Shown here: piece by piece, positions 26,501 through 34,201 of the stretch
Layout: each line of letters opens with the position of its first letter
How positions within the stretch are numbered: position 1 is the stretch's first letter
Virus record (IMG/VR): IMGVR_UViG_3300032373_000071
Coordinates: 1 to 34,201 of that record
Length of the DNA stretch: 34,201 nt
Origin: a virus
Taxonomy: Duplodnaviria > Caudoviricetes
Strand: one strand, 5' to 3'
The notes under the pieces: model-generated
The model's input: only the letters and a program-made list of their open reading frames with translations
Told to the model about the DNA's origin: nothing
Database searches by the model: none
Position numbers and translations under genes: made by a program

Positions 26501-28363
26501 GGATCCGATCCGGTCTCGGTGCAGATCGAGTCCACGGCTATCGAAACGGCGCTGAACTTCGTCGCTGCGGTGAACGACACCGGCACGGCGGCCCAGTACA
26601 GCTTCGCCATCGGCGTCCCAAGCGGCGGCCTCGAAAGCTGGAGCGCGCAGTACTCGTTCGATGTCGTGCCTCACGTGCGGCTCACGCGCAAGGGCGCGTT
26701 CACGGCGGCCACCATCTCGATCAATCCGGGGATCGGGAACATCGACTTCGACGAGTACCCCTCCGACGCGACGATCACAGGGACCACGCTGCTAACCCTG
26801 AAGGCGCAGAAGGAGGCGCGGCTCGAGCTGCGCGATGCGGAGGACGGATCGCTGACCTACGACGAGCAGTTCGGGGAGGCGCGCGCGCTGGCTGTGGCTA
26901 CGGATCCGGTGATCCCGCTGTGGCCGGAAGACGACGACCGAGAGGGGACGGCAGAGAACGTGTACGTGGGCCTGTTCACGGACGGGACGGAGGACGACCC
27001 GACGATCAAGAAGCTGGCCCAGGTGAAGCGCCGGCAGGTGATCGGGGAGAACGCGAGCCCGCGCCGCACGGCGCACGTAGCGGTGTCGGCGGGCCACCTG
27101 TACCAGACCCCGCGCGGCGGGGCTCCTTCGGTGGTCGAGCTGGGGGCGCGGCGGTTCAACCCGCTGTCGCCCTTCACGAAGCTCTGGGTGTACCGCCAGA
27201 AGCTCTACGGGCTCGACGGGCTGAACTACGTGGTCTGGGATCCGAAGACGAACCGGGTCGAGGAGTGGGAAGCGGAGGGCGCGGGGAAGATCCCCCAGGG
27301 CGCGAAGCTGGCCTGCGTGTTCGGAGACCGGATCGTGCTCGCGCGCACGGACGACGACCCCCACAACCTGCACATGAGCGGGCGGGGCAGCCCAGACGAC
27401 TGGGACACGGATCCCACGGTGCTGACGCCGCTCTCGGCCTTCTCAGGCAACTCGACGGGGAACCTGCACTTCCGCTCGCACGACCTGGTGAACTGCATCA
27501 TCCCGGCGCGGGACGACCTGCTCTACATCGGGGGCGCGCAGTCGTTCACGCGGCTGACGGGCGATCCGGGCGGCCAAGGGCAGATGGACAACGTGAGCCA
27601 GCTCGAGGGCATGGCCTTCGGGGATGCCTGGGCCGTGGGGCCGTCTGGCGAGGTGTACGTGAAGGGCCAGAACACGGGGATCTGGAGGCTCGCGCCGAAC
27701 GGCGGGGTGGACCTCATCACCGAGGGCTGGATCGAGCGCCGGATGCAGGACATCGACCTGGCGACCTACGATGTCGTCATGGCCTGGTCCTTCCGGCAGC
27801 GGGGGCTCCACGTGTACGTGACCCCGAAGGTCGAGGGGCCGGCCAAGACGGATAGCTACTGGTGGGACGCCAAGACCGGGGGTTGGTGGCCGGATGACTG
27901 GTCGGACGAGGCCGTCCAGCCCGTCTGTACTGCCGTCTGGGACGGCGACGAGCCGACCGACCGGGGCGTAGTGATCGGCTCCGAGGACGGGATGCTGCGG
28001 ATCGAGGACGAGCTCGCGACCGATGACGGCGCGTACCGGATCGAGAGCGAGGTGGTGCTGGGGCCGCTGACCCCTGGGGAGCTGGGCCAGGTGCTATTCA
28101 CGGCGCTCGAGCCCGTCCTGGTCGGCAAGCCTGGGTACGGCGGGGTCTGGCTCGAGGTCTACACCGGAGCGACTCCCGACTTCCAGGGGGGCGATGACCC
28201 GGTGTTCGAGCACTACGTTGGGGCCGGCTACGGCGGCGACCTGGCGTTCACGGCGCTCGGAAACGAGTTGTGGGTGCGGCTGCGGAACGGTGCCTTCGGA
28301 GAGAAGTGGGCGCTCCAGAGCCTTTTTGCCCGTGCGCGCGAGGCTGGAGCGCGCAGAATGTAG
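23543..28363 (+). CDS. Tail nozzle/hub (P22 gp10 / T7 gp12-like), 1606 aa, with inserted beta-propeller and LamG/ConA-like domains
   Basis: Start moved to ATG 23543 (ATGA overlap); AVDFEGNVY/VDSNGNVYV propeller blades; WIDAD...EQMEGYLAYKHG...HPF lectin-like insert; FGDRIVLA..DDPHN.HMS..G.PDDWD nozzle core. Confidence 0.75.
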   Translation: MNKRFQLRPALRGVSEDQGEANQLPMTSPKARNVRALDPETGRVQMAQRAGYTDALACSLPARVEAAATVTYDHPKTEFVGPGEGTITVKWERITPCQNCAPGLAVDFEGNVYAIDGDGVFIVYGPDGAERNRTTIWVPQLEKVVERIQVDSNGNVYVATTNGDGFSSTLSKYERVENEDDTDTYDLAWRWQGLWGIRDFAVRAGLCAVARFYGQGEEGDEENITVLSQLYATAPVEAGQSAVPSPVTSVDFNEAAEILFSVDANANRGGNPITEEGWTARLTLFSPHEISNGGGGIDATGNSFAQRAHFWIDADTVANEHVNNDSVTRVKDRRWLHTQIDPTELKDGMAQPDGDLSYVAPTDLTARPAKGDLYSNFRRPIYKQTGAGPNPTIHFIGPEGRPPWRSYDDYGSVFFLWDGTDLNQNIYNWKVDNLTGGQLRLGENKTNSGQKSDTSGDDLPDADGLMENQGSIIPGGPNTPWAAFFLVRCNPSTHGEVIFHHRSRTGDEFAILHNMHSSSTYASGDKTLNGYASNDTQVSLNQNHLSVFIGRVGDFGSPLIGTPTGYTGATTGTAVVDTTAFKIPSVNLATGEYGDPAGANTSTTSTDYWDDFSNDRGVALISIVHNGKHGSGEVDDSGGTLQSDGNSMVRINGRLVCKLKMTSDLADAIYTGAIFGGSTDEHGHPGLTHLSSWHGDLMEAIGIVGGTSGASSGDPNPNQVRWPGVTDSDTPADPFTEHQWTDMTGFSYDTSPDTRETYTAAACTVEQMEGYLAYKHGCGDILPGAGVDESTGAGVFTGTGSLGLGNLFQAKHPFAYGEVDGSGAPWNTPRPPVGRAAAGGVTLGPSGVALLSPKEIVAKMNASGEVAWALSGNGHGLGVLAGPDRSVLTVGRHDGSDTTVAKRLKDLGSSYRATGDDTWAIEEAANPARVPVRGLATDVKGNLYWPREDARQSVLLQFTSNPANADIVALSVEGGTRGFIFRNTLSGSDPVSVQIESTAIETALNFVAAVNDTGTAAQYSFAIGVPSGGLESWSAQYSFDVVPHVRLTRKGAFTAATISINPGIGNIDFDEYPSDATITGTTLLTLKAQKEARLELRDAEDGSLTYDEQFGEARALAVATDPVIPLWPEDDDREGTAENVYVGLFTDGTEDDPTIKKLAQVKRRQVIGENASPRRTAHVAVSAGHLYQTPRGGAPSVVELGARRFNPLSPFTKLWVYRQKLYGLDGLNYVVWDPKTNRVEEWEAEGAGKIPQGAKLACVFGDRIVLARTDDDPHNLHMSGRGSPDDWDTDPTVLTPLSAFSGNSTGNLHFRSHDLVNCIIPARDDLLYIGGAQSFTRLTGDPGGQGQMDNVSQLEGMAFGDAWAVGPSGEVYVKGQNTGIWRLAPNGGVDLITEGWIERRMQDIDLATYDVVMAWSFRQRGLHVYVTPKVEGPAKTDSYWWDAKTGGWWPDDWSDEAVQPVCTAVWDGDEPTDRGVVIGSEDGMLRIEDELATDDGAYRIESEVVLGPLTPGELGQVLFTALEPVLVGKPGYGGVWLEVYTGATPDFQGGDDPVFEHYVGAGYGGDLAFTALGNELWVRLRNGAFGEKWALQSLFARAREAGARRM

Positions 28364-28365
28364 GC

Positions 28366-28671
28366 ATGGCCCGAAAAAAGGGAAACGTCCCGGTCGGACA
28401 GGGCCGGGTGAGTAAGAGCCTGGGGGCTGCGGACCCCCGGGCCTACCGGAACGCGCAGGCGGCCCAGGCGTCCCACCTGAATCTTGGGAAGGGTGTGGAG
28501 CGGGACTCCAGGGGTCGCTTGCGCGTCACCCCCGCGCGGCGCGTCGAGAAGGTGGACGTGGCCGGCGTCGAGGACACGCAACAACTGGCCGAGAACACGG
28601 CGGCGGCCTTCAACAAACTGGTGGACGAGCTGCGCGAGAGCGGAGCCCTTGACGACGGGAAGCAACGATGA
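28366..28671 (+). CDS. Small head/tail fibre-like trimeric protein
   Basis: Start moved to ATG 28366; C-terminal AAFNKLVDELRESG resembles head-fibre trimerisation helices. Confidence 0.55.
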   Translation: MARKKGNVPVGQGRVSKSLGAADPRAYRNAQAAQASHLNLGKGVERDSRGRLRVTPARRVEKVDVAGVEDTQQLAENTAAAFNKLVDELRESGALDDGKQR

Positions 28672-29369
28672 TCGGAACAGGAGCACTCTTCGGGCTGGGG
28701 GCGATGAACCTGGGCGGTTCGGTGCTCGGCGGCATCTTCGGCAAGCAGGGCCAGGACAGCGCGAACGCGGCGAACCAGGACGCGCTGAACCGCGCCCTGA
28801 TCCGGCTCCAGGAGGGGTGGGCGAAGGGCGAAGGCGCACACATGAAGGGGATCGGGGCGCTGAAGAAGGGCTTCGGCCAGGCCCAGGGCGCTCTCCAGGG
28901 CCAGGGCGGTGCCGCTCGAGCGCGGCTCCTCCAGCGCGAGTCTCAGATGATGGGGACTTCGGACGCGCAGATGGCGAGCCGGGGGCTCTACAGCTCGACC
29001 CGCGCGATGGGCCAGCGCCGCGCGATCCACGACCAGACGAACCTGGGGCTCGCCGGGATTGACGAGTCGGTGGGCCGTCAGCAGGCGCAACTCTTCCAGA
29101 ACCAAGGGGTTACGCTCGGACGCGCCTATCAGAACCTCGCCTCCATGTACGGCGGCTACGCGGGGATGCAGGCGCGGACGGAGATGGCGAACCAGCACGT
29201 CTCCTCGAACATCGGCCCCCAGATGGCGACCATGATGGGCAACCTGACGAAGCTCCTGGCCTTCGGGCTCTCGAACCCGGGCGGCACAGGCACAGCCTCA
29301 GTGGGTCAGACGGCCAACGGCTACGGGCCTGGCGACTACGGCCCCCTCCAGTCCAACGGGAGCTTCTGA
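28668..29369 (+). CDS. Putative DNA ejection/pilot protein
   Basis: Gly/Ala/Gln/Met-rich, hydrophobic Gly-rich N-terminus, located after nozzle. Confidence 0.65.
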   Translation: MIGTGALFGLGAMNLGGSVLGGIFGKQGQDSANAANQDALNRALIRLQEGWAKGEGAHMKGIGALKKGFGQAQGALQGQGGAARARLLQRESQMMGTSDAQMASRGLYSSTRAMGQRRAIHDQTNLGLAGIDESVGRQQAQLFQNQGVTLGRAYQNLASMYGGYAGMQARTEMANQHVSSNIGPQMATMMGNLTKLLAFGLSNPGGTGTASVGQTANGYGPGDYGPLQSNGSF

Positions 29370-30943
29370 TGGCCGGCATCATCGAACACGGCCCCGTTGC
29401 TCTCGGCGTGGCGGCAGAGGCGTTCGGCGCTGGCGCAGGCGGCGGCCTCGCTGGGGTGAACGAGCGGAGCGCCTACGAGCGCGGCATCCAGCAGATCAAG
29501 GCCAACCGGATGAAGCTCGAGGCCGCCCAGATGGAGCTGGACGGCGAGCGCGAGCAGATGGCGCTCCGCGACCAGGCCGAGGGCCTGCTGGCGAACTACG
29601 GGCCGGGTGCGCTCGAGGCCGCGCAGTTCCAGGACACGGGCGAAACCGGCGTCCCCGGGGTCAAGCGGGCTCCGATGCAGATGCCACAAGACCTGTGGGA
29701 GCTGTACGTCCAGGGGGACGCCGAGACCAAGGAGCGGATCAAGGGCGATTTTGACTTCGCCGTGGCGCAGGCGAGCCATGCAGCTGTCACGCAGCACGTC
29801 TCAGAGCAGGGCATGGCGATCCTCGCCGGTGAGGGCGTGTACGGAAGCGTCGAAGAGGGTGCCGAGCCGCCCCCGGAACTGCTCGCGGCCCAGCAGGAGG
29901 TCCAGCAGATCCTCGAGGAGGTGGATAAGGGGATCCTCGACCCCTTCGCGGCGAACGAGCGGCTGAACGAGATCGACCAGGAGCTATTCCAGGCCCGGCA
30001 GACGGGCATGGCGAAGGCGGGCGTTCACGCGGCCTTCCGCCAGAAGATCACCGGTGCGCTCACGGCGGACGATCTTGGGCAGACGAACACCGACCTGGCC
30101 CAGTACTACAGCGGGTGGCAGCACGCCTACCAGAAGGGGGAGATCACCGAGAACCAGGCGCTCGCCATCCTGAACCTGAGCCCCGACCAGCTCGAGGAAA
30201 TCGGCAACCTGTTCATGGGGACCGTGGGCGCGCGGATGCCCCAGGGATCCGTCATGCAGCGCGGCCAGGCGAACCTCGATGGCCTCTCCATCGGCCTTCC
30301 GGGTGGCGAGCAGCAGGCCCAACCGGGCGCGCAGATGCCCCCTGGCCCCGACGTGCCGGCCCCGGAGAGCCCTGACGAGGAGGTCTCTGTGCTCCAGCAG
30401 CCCCCGCCGAAGGGGTGGAAGCCGCCGCGGTGGATCACGCCGGGCACGAAGGGCGACTTCGCCAAGAAGCACGTGGGGGCCGTGCGCGGTGCCGTCGATG
30501 CGCTCGCGCAGGGGAACCACGCCTCGCTGACCAACTCGATGAACCTGATCCTGGGCGACGACCCCGACGAGCGCGAGGTCGCCATGCTCTCGGAGGTGCT
30601 GCGGCGCAGCAAGGACTACCTGGTCGAGCAGGTGGGCACGCTGGACGACTACAAGCCCCTGGGGGACGCGATGACCCCGAAGGTGAAGGAGATCATGCGC
30701 GGGGTCTGGGACGAGCAGAAGGAGCTGATCCTGGGCTCCAGGAAGAAGGCCGCGCCCGGCCCCGGCCCGGCAACTCGAGAAGGCTTGGAGGGCGTCTCGG
30801 AGATCGACCCGGAGAGCACGGCCACATCGGTCTCCAAGAAGAAGAAGGCCAAGAAGAAGAAGAAGAAGACCTGGGAGGAGGTGAAGAAGCGCGGAGAGGA
30901 AGGCCGAGCCGCGCAACGCCGCACCCCACCGAAGAAGGACTAG
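29369..30943 (+). CDS. Putative internal virion/ejection protein with polybasic C-terminus
   Basis: TGATG coupling; helical Gln/Glu-rich; ends with KKKKAKKKKKK. Confidence 0.65.
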   Translation: MAGIIEHGPVALGVAAEAFGAGAGGGLAGVNERSAYERGIQQIKANRMKLEAAQMELDGEREQMALRDQAEGLLANYGPGALEAAQFQDTGETGVPGVKRAPMQMPQDLWELYVQGDAETKERIKGDFDFAVAQASHAAVTQHVSEQGMAILAGEGVYGSVEEGAEPPPELLAAQQEVQQILEEVDKGILDPFAANERLNEIDQELFQARQTGMAKAGVHAAFRQKITGALTADDLGQTNTDLAQYYSGWQHAYQKGEITENQALAILNLSPDQLEEIGNLFMGTVGARMPQGSVMQRGQANLDGLSIGLPGGEQQAQPGAQMPPGPDVPAPESPDEEVSVLQQPPPKGWKPPRWITPGTKGDFAKKHVGAVRGAVDALAQGNHASLTNSMNLILGDDPDEREVAMLSEVLRRSKDYLVEQVGTLDDYKPLGDAMTPKVKEIMRGVWDEQKELILGSRKKAAPGPGPATREGLEGVSEIDPESTATSVSKKKKAKKKKKKTWEEVKKRGEEGRAAQRRTPPKKD

Positions 30944-30946
30944 AGC

Positions 30947-33900
30947 ATGGCCGACCTGAGCGCACTTGCAGCCGACCTTATCGGGGAGGCCGCGCCGGCC
31001 CCCGCTCCCGCCCAAGACCAGGCCTCAGCCCCGGTGGGGGGGTCGGTCGATCAAACGGCCTCCCAGCTCATCGCGGAGGCTCGAGGCGAGGGGTCGCACA
31101 CCTTCATCGGTGGCGTGGCCGGTGCCCTGCATGAGGCCTACGCGGACGGCGAGTGGAAGAAGCGCATCCCGTTCACGGGCACGGCGCTCCAGGCGGACGA
31201 CCTGCACCAGCTCTGGCAGGCCGCGCGTCGGACGGAGTTGGGCGAGCAGAGCCGGGAGGACGAGGCGCTGATCCTGGCCTACCTCGCGAAGAACGAGGCC
31301 GGTGCGAAGCGCGGGATGGGGGGCACGGTCGGCGCGATCCTGGCCGAGCTGCCGACGTTCTTCGCGGAGTTCGGGGCCTCTGGTGGCGCAGCGAACTTTG
31401 CGAAGGCCGGTGGTAAGGCCGCTCTGGGCAAGGGTTTGCGCGAGGCGCTGGAGGCGTCGGCGTCGAAGATCGGCGCTCGAGTGGCGGGGGTCAAGGTCGG
31501 CAAGCTGGGCGTGGGCAAGGCGGCCCTGGGCGCGGCTGGCGCGATGGGCAACACGGCCCTCCAGCTAGGCGCTGCGACGGGCATGGGGGAGGCCGTGGGG
31601 GGCTCGAGGATCACGGCGGACGCCTGGCGGCGCGCGCTGCCTGAGTGGTCCCTCTCGGAGAACGAGGCCGGCCACGTCCACCTGGCGTTCCACACGACGA
31701 CGGGCGAGTTCGTGGACCAGCTCCCCAAGGCGATCCTGAACGAGTACATCGAGTTCCTGAGCGAGCGGTCGGGCGAAGCCCTGATGGCTGGCGTGAAGGG
31801 GGCGGCGAAGCGGGTGCCTGGCGCGGCGATGGTGGCGCAGATGCAGTCCCAGGTGGCTGAGTGGTGGGTCGCGCGCAACGGCGGGTCGGTCACGGACTTC
31901 CTGGAGCGCGTGGCGAAGAAGGGCGGCTGGAACGGCCCCGTCAGCGAGTACCTGGAGGAGCGCCTGGGCGGTGCCCTGCGGGGTGCCACGGGCGTCGAGG
32001 AGGGCGGCGTGCTCGCCAACGCCTTCCCGGCCCTCGAGCAGCAGGCTGCGGAGCTGATCGCGTTCAGCGTGCCCACGGCGGGCCGCGCTGCGATCCAGGA
32101 GACCTTCCGCAGGGATGCGACTCAGGACATGGACAAGGGGCTTACGCGCTCCTTCACCCAGGGGGAGCCGCGCAGCTTCCAGCAGATCGACGCCATCGTC
32201 GAGGCCAGCGGAGCTCAGCGCGTCCCCGCGGACGCGGAGGTGTCCCCGGAGCTGGAGGCAGCCGAGCGCGTGGCGGCCCGCCAGGGGCTCGAGGTGGTGC
32301 GGGTCCAGTCGGAGGACGGCGAGCCCATCGAGGGCTTCGATGCTGTCCTGGTCGAGGAGGGCATCGTCCTGGTGGACGTGAACGCGGTTGAGGATCCGGC
32401 CCGCCTGCTCACCGAGGAGCGGCTGCACGACCTGGCGCGGAAGGATCCCGAGTTGCACTCGGTCCTGGAGTCCACGGTCCAGGCCGGCGACTCGGCGGGG
32501 TACGGGGCCTTCCTGGGCTCCTATATGCAGACCTTCGAAGAGGTGCGCGGGAAGGAGCTGGACCCGGAGAAGGAGGGCGTCGAGGGCGTAGGCCAGTGGG
32601 GCCGCGCGATGGCCCCTCTCGTCTGGCTGTCCGAGACGAAGGCCGGGCGGATGCAGCTCTACGAGATCGTCCAGAACAACCGCAACGTGCTCGAGAAGCT
32701 GCGGGACTTCGTGGCCGGGGGCCTGAACGGTCTGGGCGCGAACGTCCGCACGACCCAGGAGCGCCGACTGGCGAAGCTCGACGCCTACCTCGAGCGGACG
32801 GGCGGCAAGGCTACGGGCGTGGACATGAAGATGAGCGGGGACGCCGACCCTGGCGTCCACCTGGCCGCTGCGCTCGCTGAGGCCGAGCCGACGACCCTGG
32901 AGCGCATCCAAGTCGGCGTGGTCCTGGGAGAGGCCCTGGAGGCCATGACGGGCCTGGACGTGCCCACGGAGCGCCGCACGCCCACGACGAGGCAACTGCC
33001 GGCAGCGGAGCGCCTTGCGCGCCTGGCGGCGGGAGAGCCGCCCCTGCGCCTGAAGGCCGGCCCCCAGCCGAAGCTGCCGGCTGCGCCCGAGGTTCCGCGG
33101 CTGACCGAGGGGTCCAGGTCGGAATCCAAGTCGGAATCCAAGCCGGTCCAAGACGGTCCAACGCGGTCCAAGGGCGATCCAACGCGGTCCAAGTCGGAAT
33201 CCAAGTCCAAGCCGGGAGGTCTTACAAAAGATCCAGAGGAAAAAGGCGGCCACCCTGACGGGCTGGCAGAGGTGTACGGCTGGACCTACCAGTCCGGCCT
33301 CACCCGCTCGAACGCCGATGCCGTCCAGGCGATGACGGACGGGCAGGATCTTGGAGTCTCGGCCCACGGGCCGTGGTCCGAGAACATGAAGAGGATCCTC
33401 GACACGGCTGCGCGAGGGGGTCACTTCATCTTCCTGGACAACGGGGCGTTCACGCACTTCAAGAAGGGCACCCAGGCCAACTGGGCTGCGGTGCGGGACA
33501 AGTTCGAGGATCTGCTCGACCGCGTTCCGTGGGAGTCCCAGGAGAACATCGTCGTCGTCCTGCCGGACGTGGTGAACGACCCTGACCAGACCTACGAGCT
33601 GCTGAACTCGGTCATCGACCTGACCTGGGACGACATCCTGACGAGCAACGCTCGCTTCATGGTGAACGTCCAGAAGCCGAAGGAGGGCGAGGCCAACATC
33701 GTCGCGGAGGCCGCGTCTCTGACCGAACTGTTCGACGACGATGCGTTCACGTCGGGCAAGTACAGGTTCGGCATCCCGTTCAACGCTGCGGCGTGGTCTC
33801 AGGAGGACGTGCTCGAGCTGATGGAGGCCTGGGAGGACCAGGGGGGGGTCGGTATCCACCTTCTCGGCGCGGGCCACCAAACGCTGATGGACCTGATCGA

Positions 33901-34201
33901 GAAGGCTAGGGCGAAGGGTCTGAACGTGGACAACCTATCGTCCGATGCGCTGCCGAAGGGTATCTCCAGGCGGAAGCGCGGCGAGGGCGGCACGGGGGCC
34001 GATGTTGCCGAGCTACAGAAGAAGCTGGCGAAGCCGAAGGCCGCCACGGCTGGCTCCGTTGAGGCGATGCGGAAGGATCTGTTCGACGGGCGCGACCTGT
34101 CGAAGGTCAGGATCACGACCCAGGCCGAGCAGGAGGACGCGGAGATGGCCGTCGTCCTGGCGGCGCGCGACATCGTGGCCCTGGGCATGGGGACCGGCGC
34201 G
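30947..34201 (+). CDS. Giant internal virion (polyvalent, DarB-like position) protein, partial; degenerate zincin plus TGT/DpdA-like domain
   Basis: ATG 30947 with AAGGA upstream; open by hand translation for 1085 codons to window end, so absent from ORF track; LLTEERLH; IFLDNGAF, VLPDVVND, IHLLGAG, SSDA. Confidence 0.85.
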   Translation, partial: MADLSALAADLIGEAAPAPAPAQDQASAPVGGSVDQTASQLIAEARGEGSHTFIGGVAGALHEAYADGEWKKRIPFTGTALQADDLHQLWQAARRTELGEQSREDEALILAYLAKNEAGAKRGMGGTVGAILAELPTFFAEFGASGGAANFAKAGGKAALGKGLREALEASASKIGARVAGVKVGKLGVGKAALGAAGAMGNTALQLGAATGMGEAVGGSRITADAWRRALPEWSLSENEAGHVHLAFHTTTGEFVDQLPKAILNEYIEFLSERSGEALMAGVKGAAKRVPGAAMVAQMQSQVAEWWVARNGGSVTDFLERVAKKGGWNGPVSEYLEERLGGALRGATGVEEGGVLANAFPALEQQAAELIAFSVPTAGRAAIQETFRRDATQDMDKGLTRSFTQGEPRSFQQIDAIVEASGAQRVPADAEVSPELEAAERVAARQGLEVVRVQSEDGEPIEGFDAVLVEEGIVLVDVNAVEDPARLLTEERLHDLARKDPELHSVLESTVQAGDSAGYGAFLGSYMQTFEEVRGKELDPEKEGVEGVGQWGRAMAPLVWLSETKAGRMQLYEIVQNNRNVLEKLRDFVAGGLNGLGANVRTTQERRLAKLDAYLERTGGKATGVDMKMSGDADPGVHLAAALAEAEPTTLERIQVGVVLGEALEAMTGLDVPTERRTPTTRQLPAAERLARLAAGEPPLRLKAGPQPKLPAAPEVPRLTEGSRSESKSESKPVQDGPTRSKGDPTRSKSESKSKPGGLTKDPEEKGGHPDGLAEVYGWTYQSGLTRSNADAVQAMTDGQDLGVSAHGPWSENMKRILDTAARGGHFIFLDNGAFTHFKKGTQANWAAVRDKFEDLLDRVPWESQENIVVVLPDVVNDPDQTYELLNSVIDLTWDDILTSNARFMVNVQKPKEGEANIVAEAASLTELFDDDAFTSGKYRFGIPFNAAAWSQEDVLELMEAWEDQGGVGIHLLGAGHQTLMDLIEKARAKGLNVDNLSSDALPKGISRRKRGEGGTGADVAELQKKLAKPKAATAGSVEAMRKDLFDGRDLSKVRITTQAEQEDAEMAVVLAARDIVALGMGTGA
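33113..33210 (+). repeat. Ten TCCA(A/G) units spaced mostly 10-12 nt apart
   Basis: TCCA starts at 33113, 33125, 33137, 33147, 33157, 33167, 33178, 33188, 33200, 33206. Confidence 0.9.

Larger units (their letters stand above)
1..34201. mobile_element. Tailed dsDNA phage (podovirus-like) genome segment or prophage interior
   Basis: terS, terL, portal, scaffold, capsid, adaptor, nozzle and ejection proteins in canonical order; many short genes coupled by ATGA/GTGA/TGATG overlaps; no tape measure or sheath gene; no host genes. Confidence 0.95.

Noticed and set aside
33113-33210. TCCAA array as a mini-CRISPR or DGR repeat
   Set aside because: Units are too short, have no unique spacers, and no reverse transcriptase or template/variable repeat pair was seen
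33841-33848. G8 homopolymer in the TGT-like domain as a phase-variation site
   Set aside because: Frame is intact (Q-G-G-V) and short G runs are expected at this GC content; needs read data
31565-33880. 771-aa minus-strand ORF
   Set aside because: Antisense shadow of the + strand giant gene; Arg/Leu/Gly-rich with no motifs, as expected in high-GC DNA
1-34201. tRNA, rRNA, integrase, endolysin and que/fol pathway genes
   Set aside because: Looked for by eye and not recognised; they may lie outside the window, and divergent copies could have been missed

Overview
The whole window looks like part of a high-GC (about 68-69% by eye) tailed dsDNA phage with a short-tail (P22/T7-like podovirus) virion module. 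No host housekeeping genes, integrase, tRNA, rRNA or CRISPR array were seen, so free phage versus prophage cannot be decided. Layout: (1) 1-6089, a tightly coupled + strand run of replication/early genes, including a DUF1064 nuclease and an exported protein resembling a Planctomycetota C-terminal domain; (2) 6182-9464, an oppositely oriented operon ending in four envelope/exported proteins, one a choice-of-anchor E domain protein; (3) from 9677, the late operon: terS, a ~5.9 kb inserted block (a motif-complete formylglycine-type sulfatase, small virion-like proteins, a u-spanin-like protein), terL, portal, scaffold, major capsid, cement, adaptor, a 1606-aa nozzle with nested insertions, ejection proteins, and a giant ORF (30947 to the window end, absent from the ORF track). 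The strongest novelty candidate is that this giant, probably injected, protein carries a TGT/DpdA-like guanine-transglycosylase domain, preceded by a degenerate zincin and a helically phased TCCAA array. The second is the sulfatase placed among virion genes. All family calls come from motifs read by eye plus gene order; no database searches were run.
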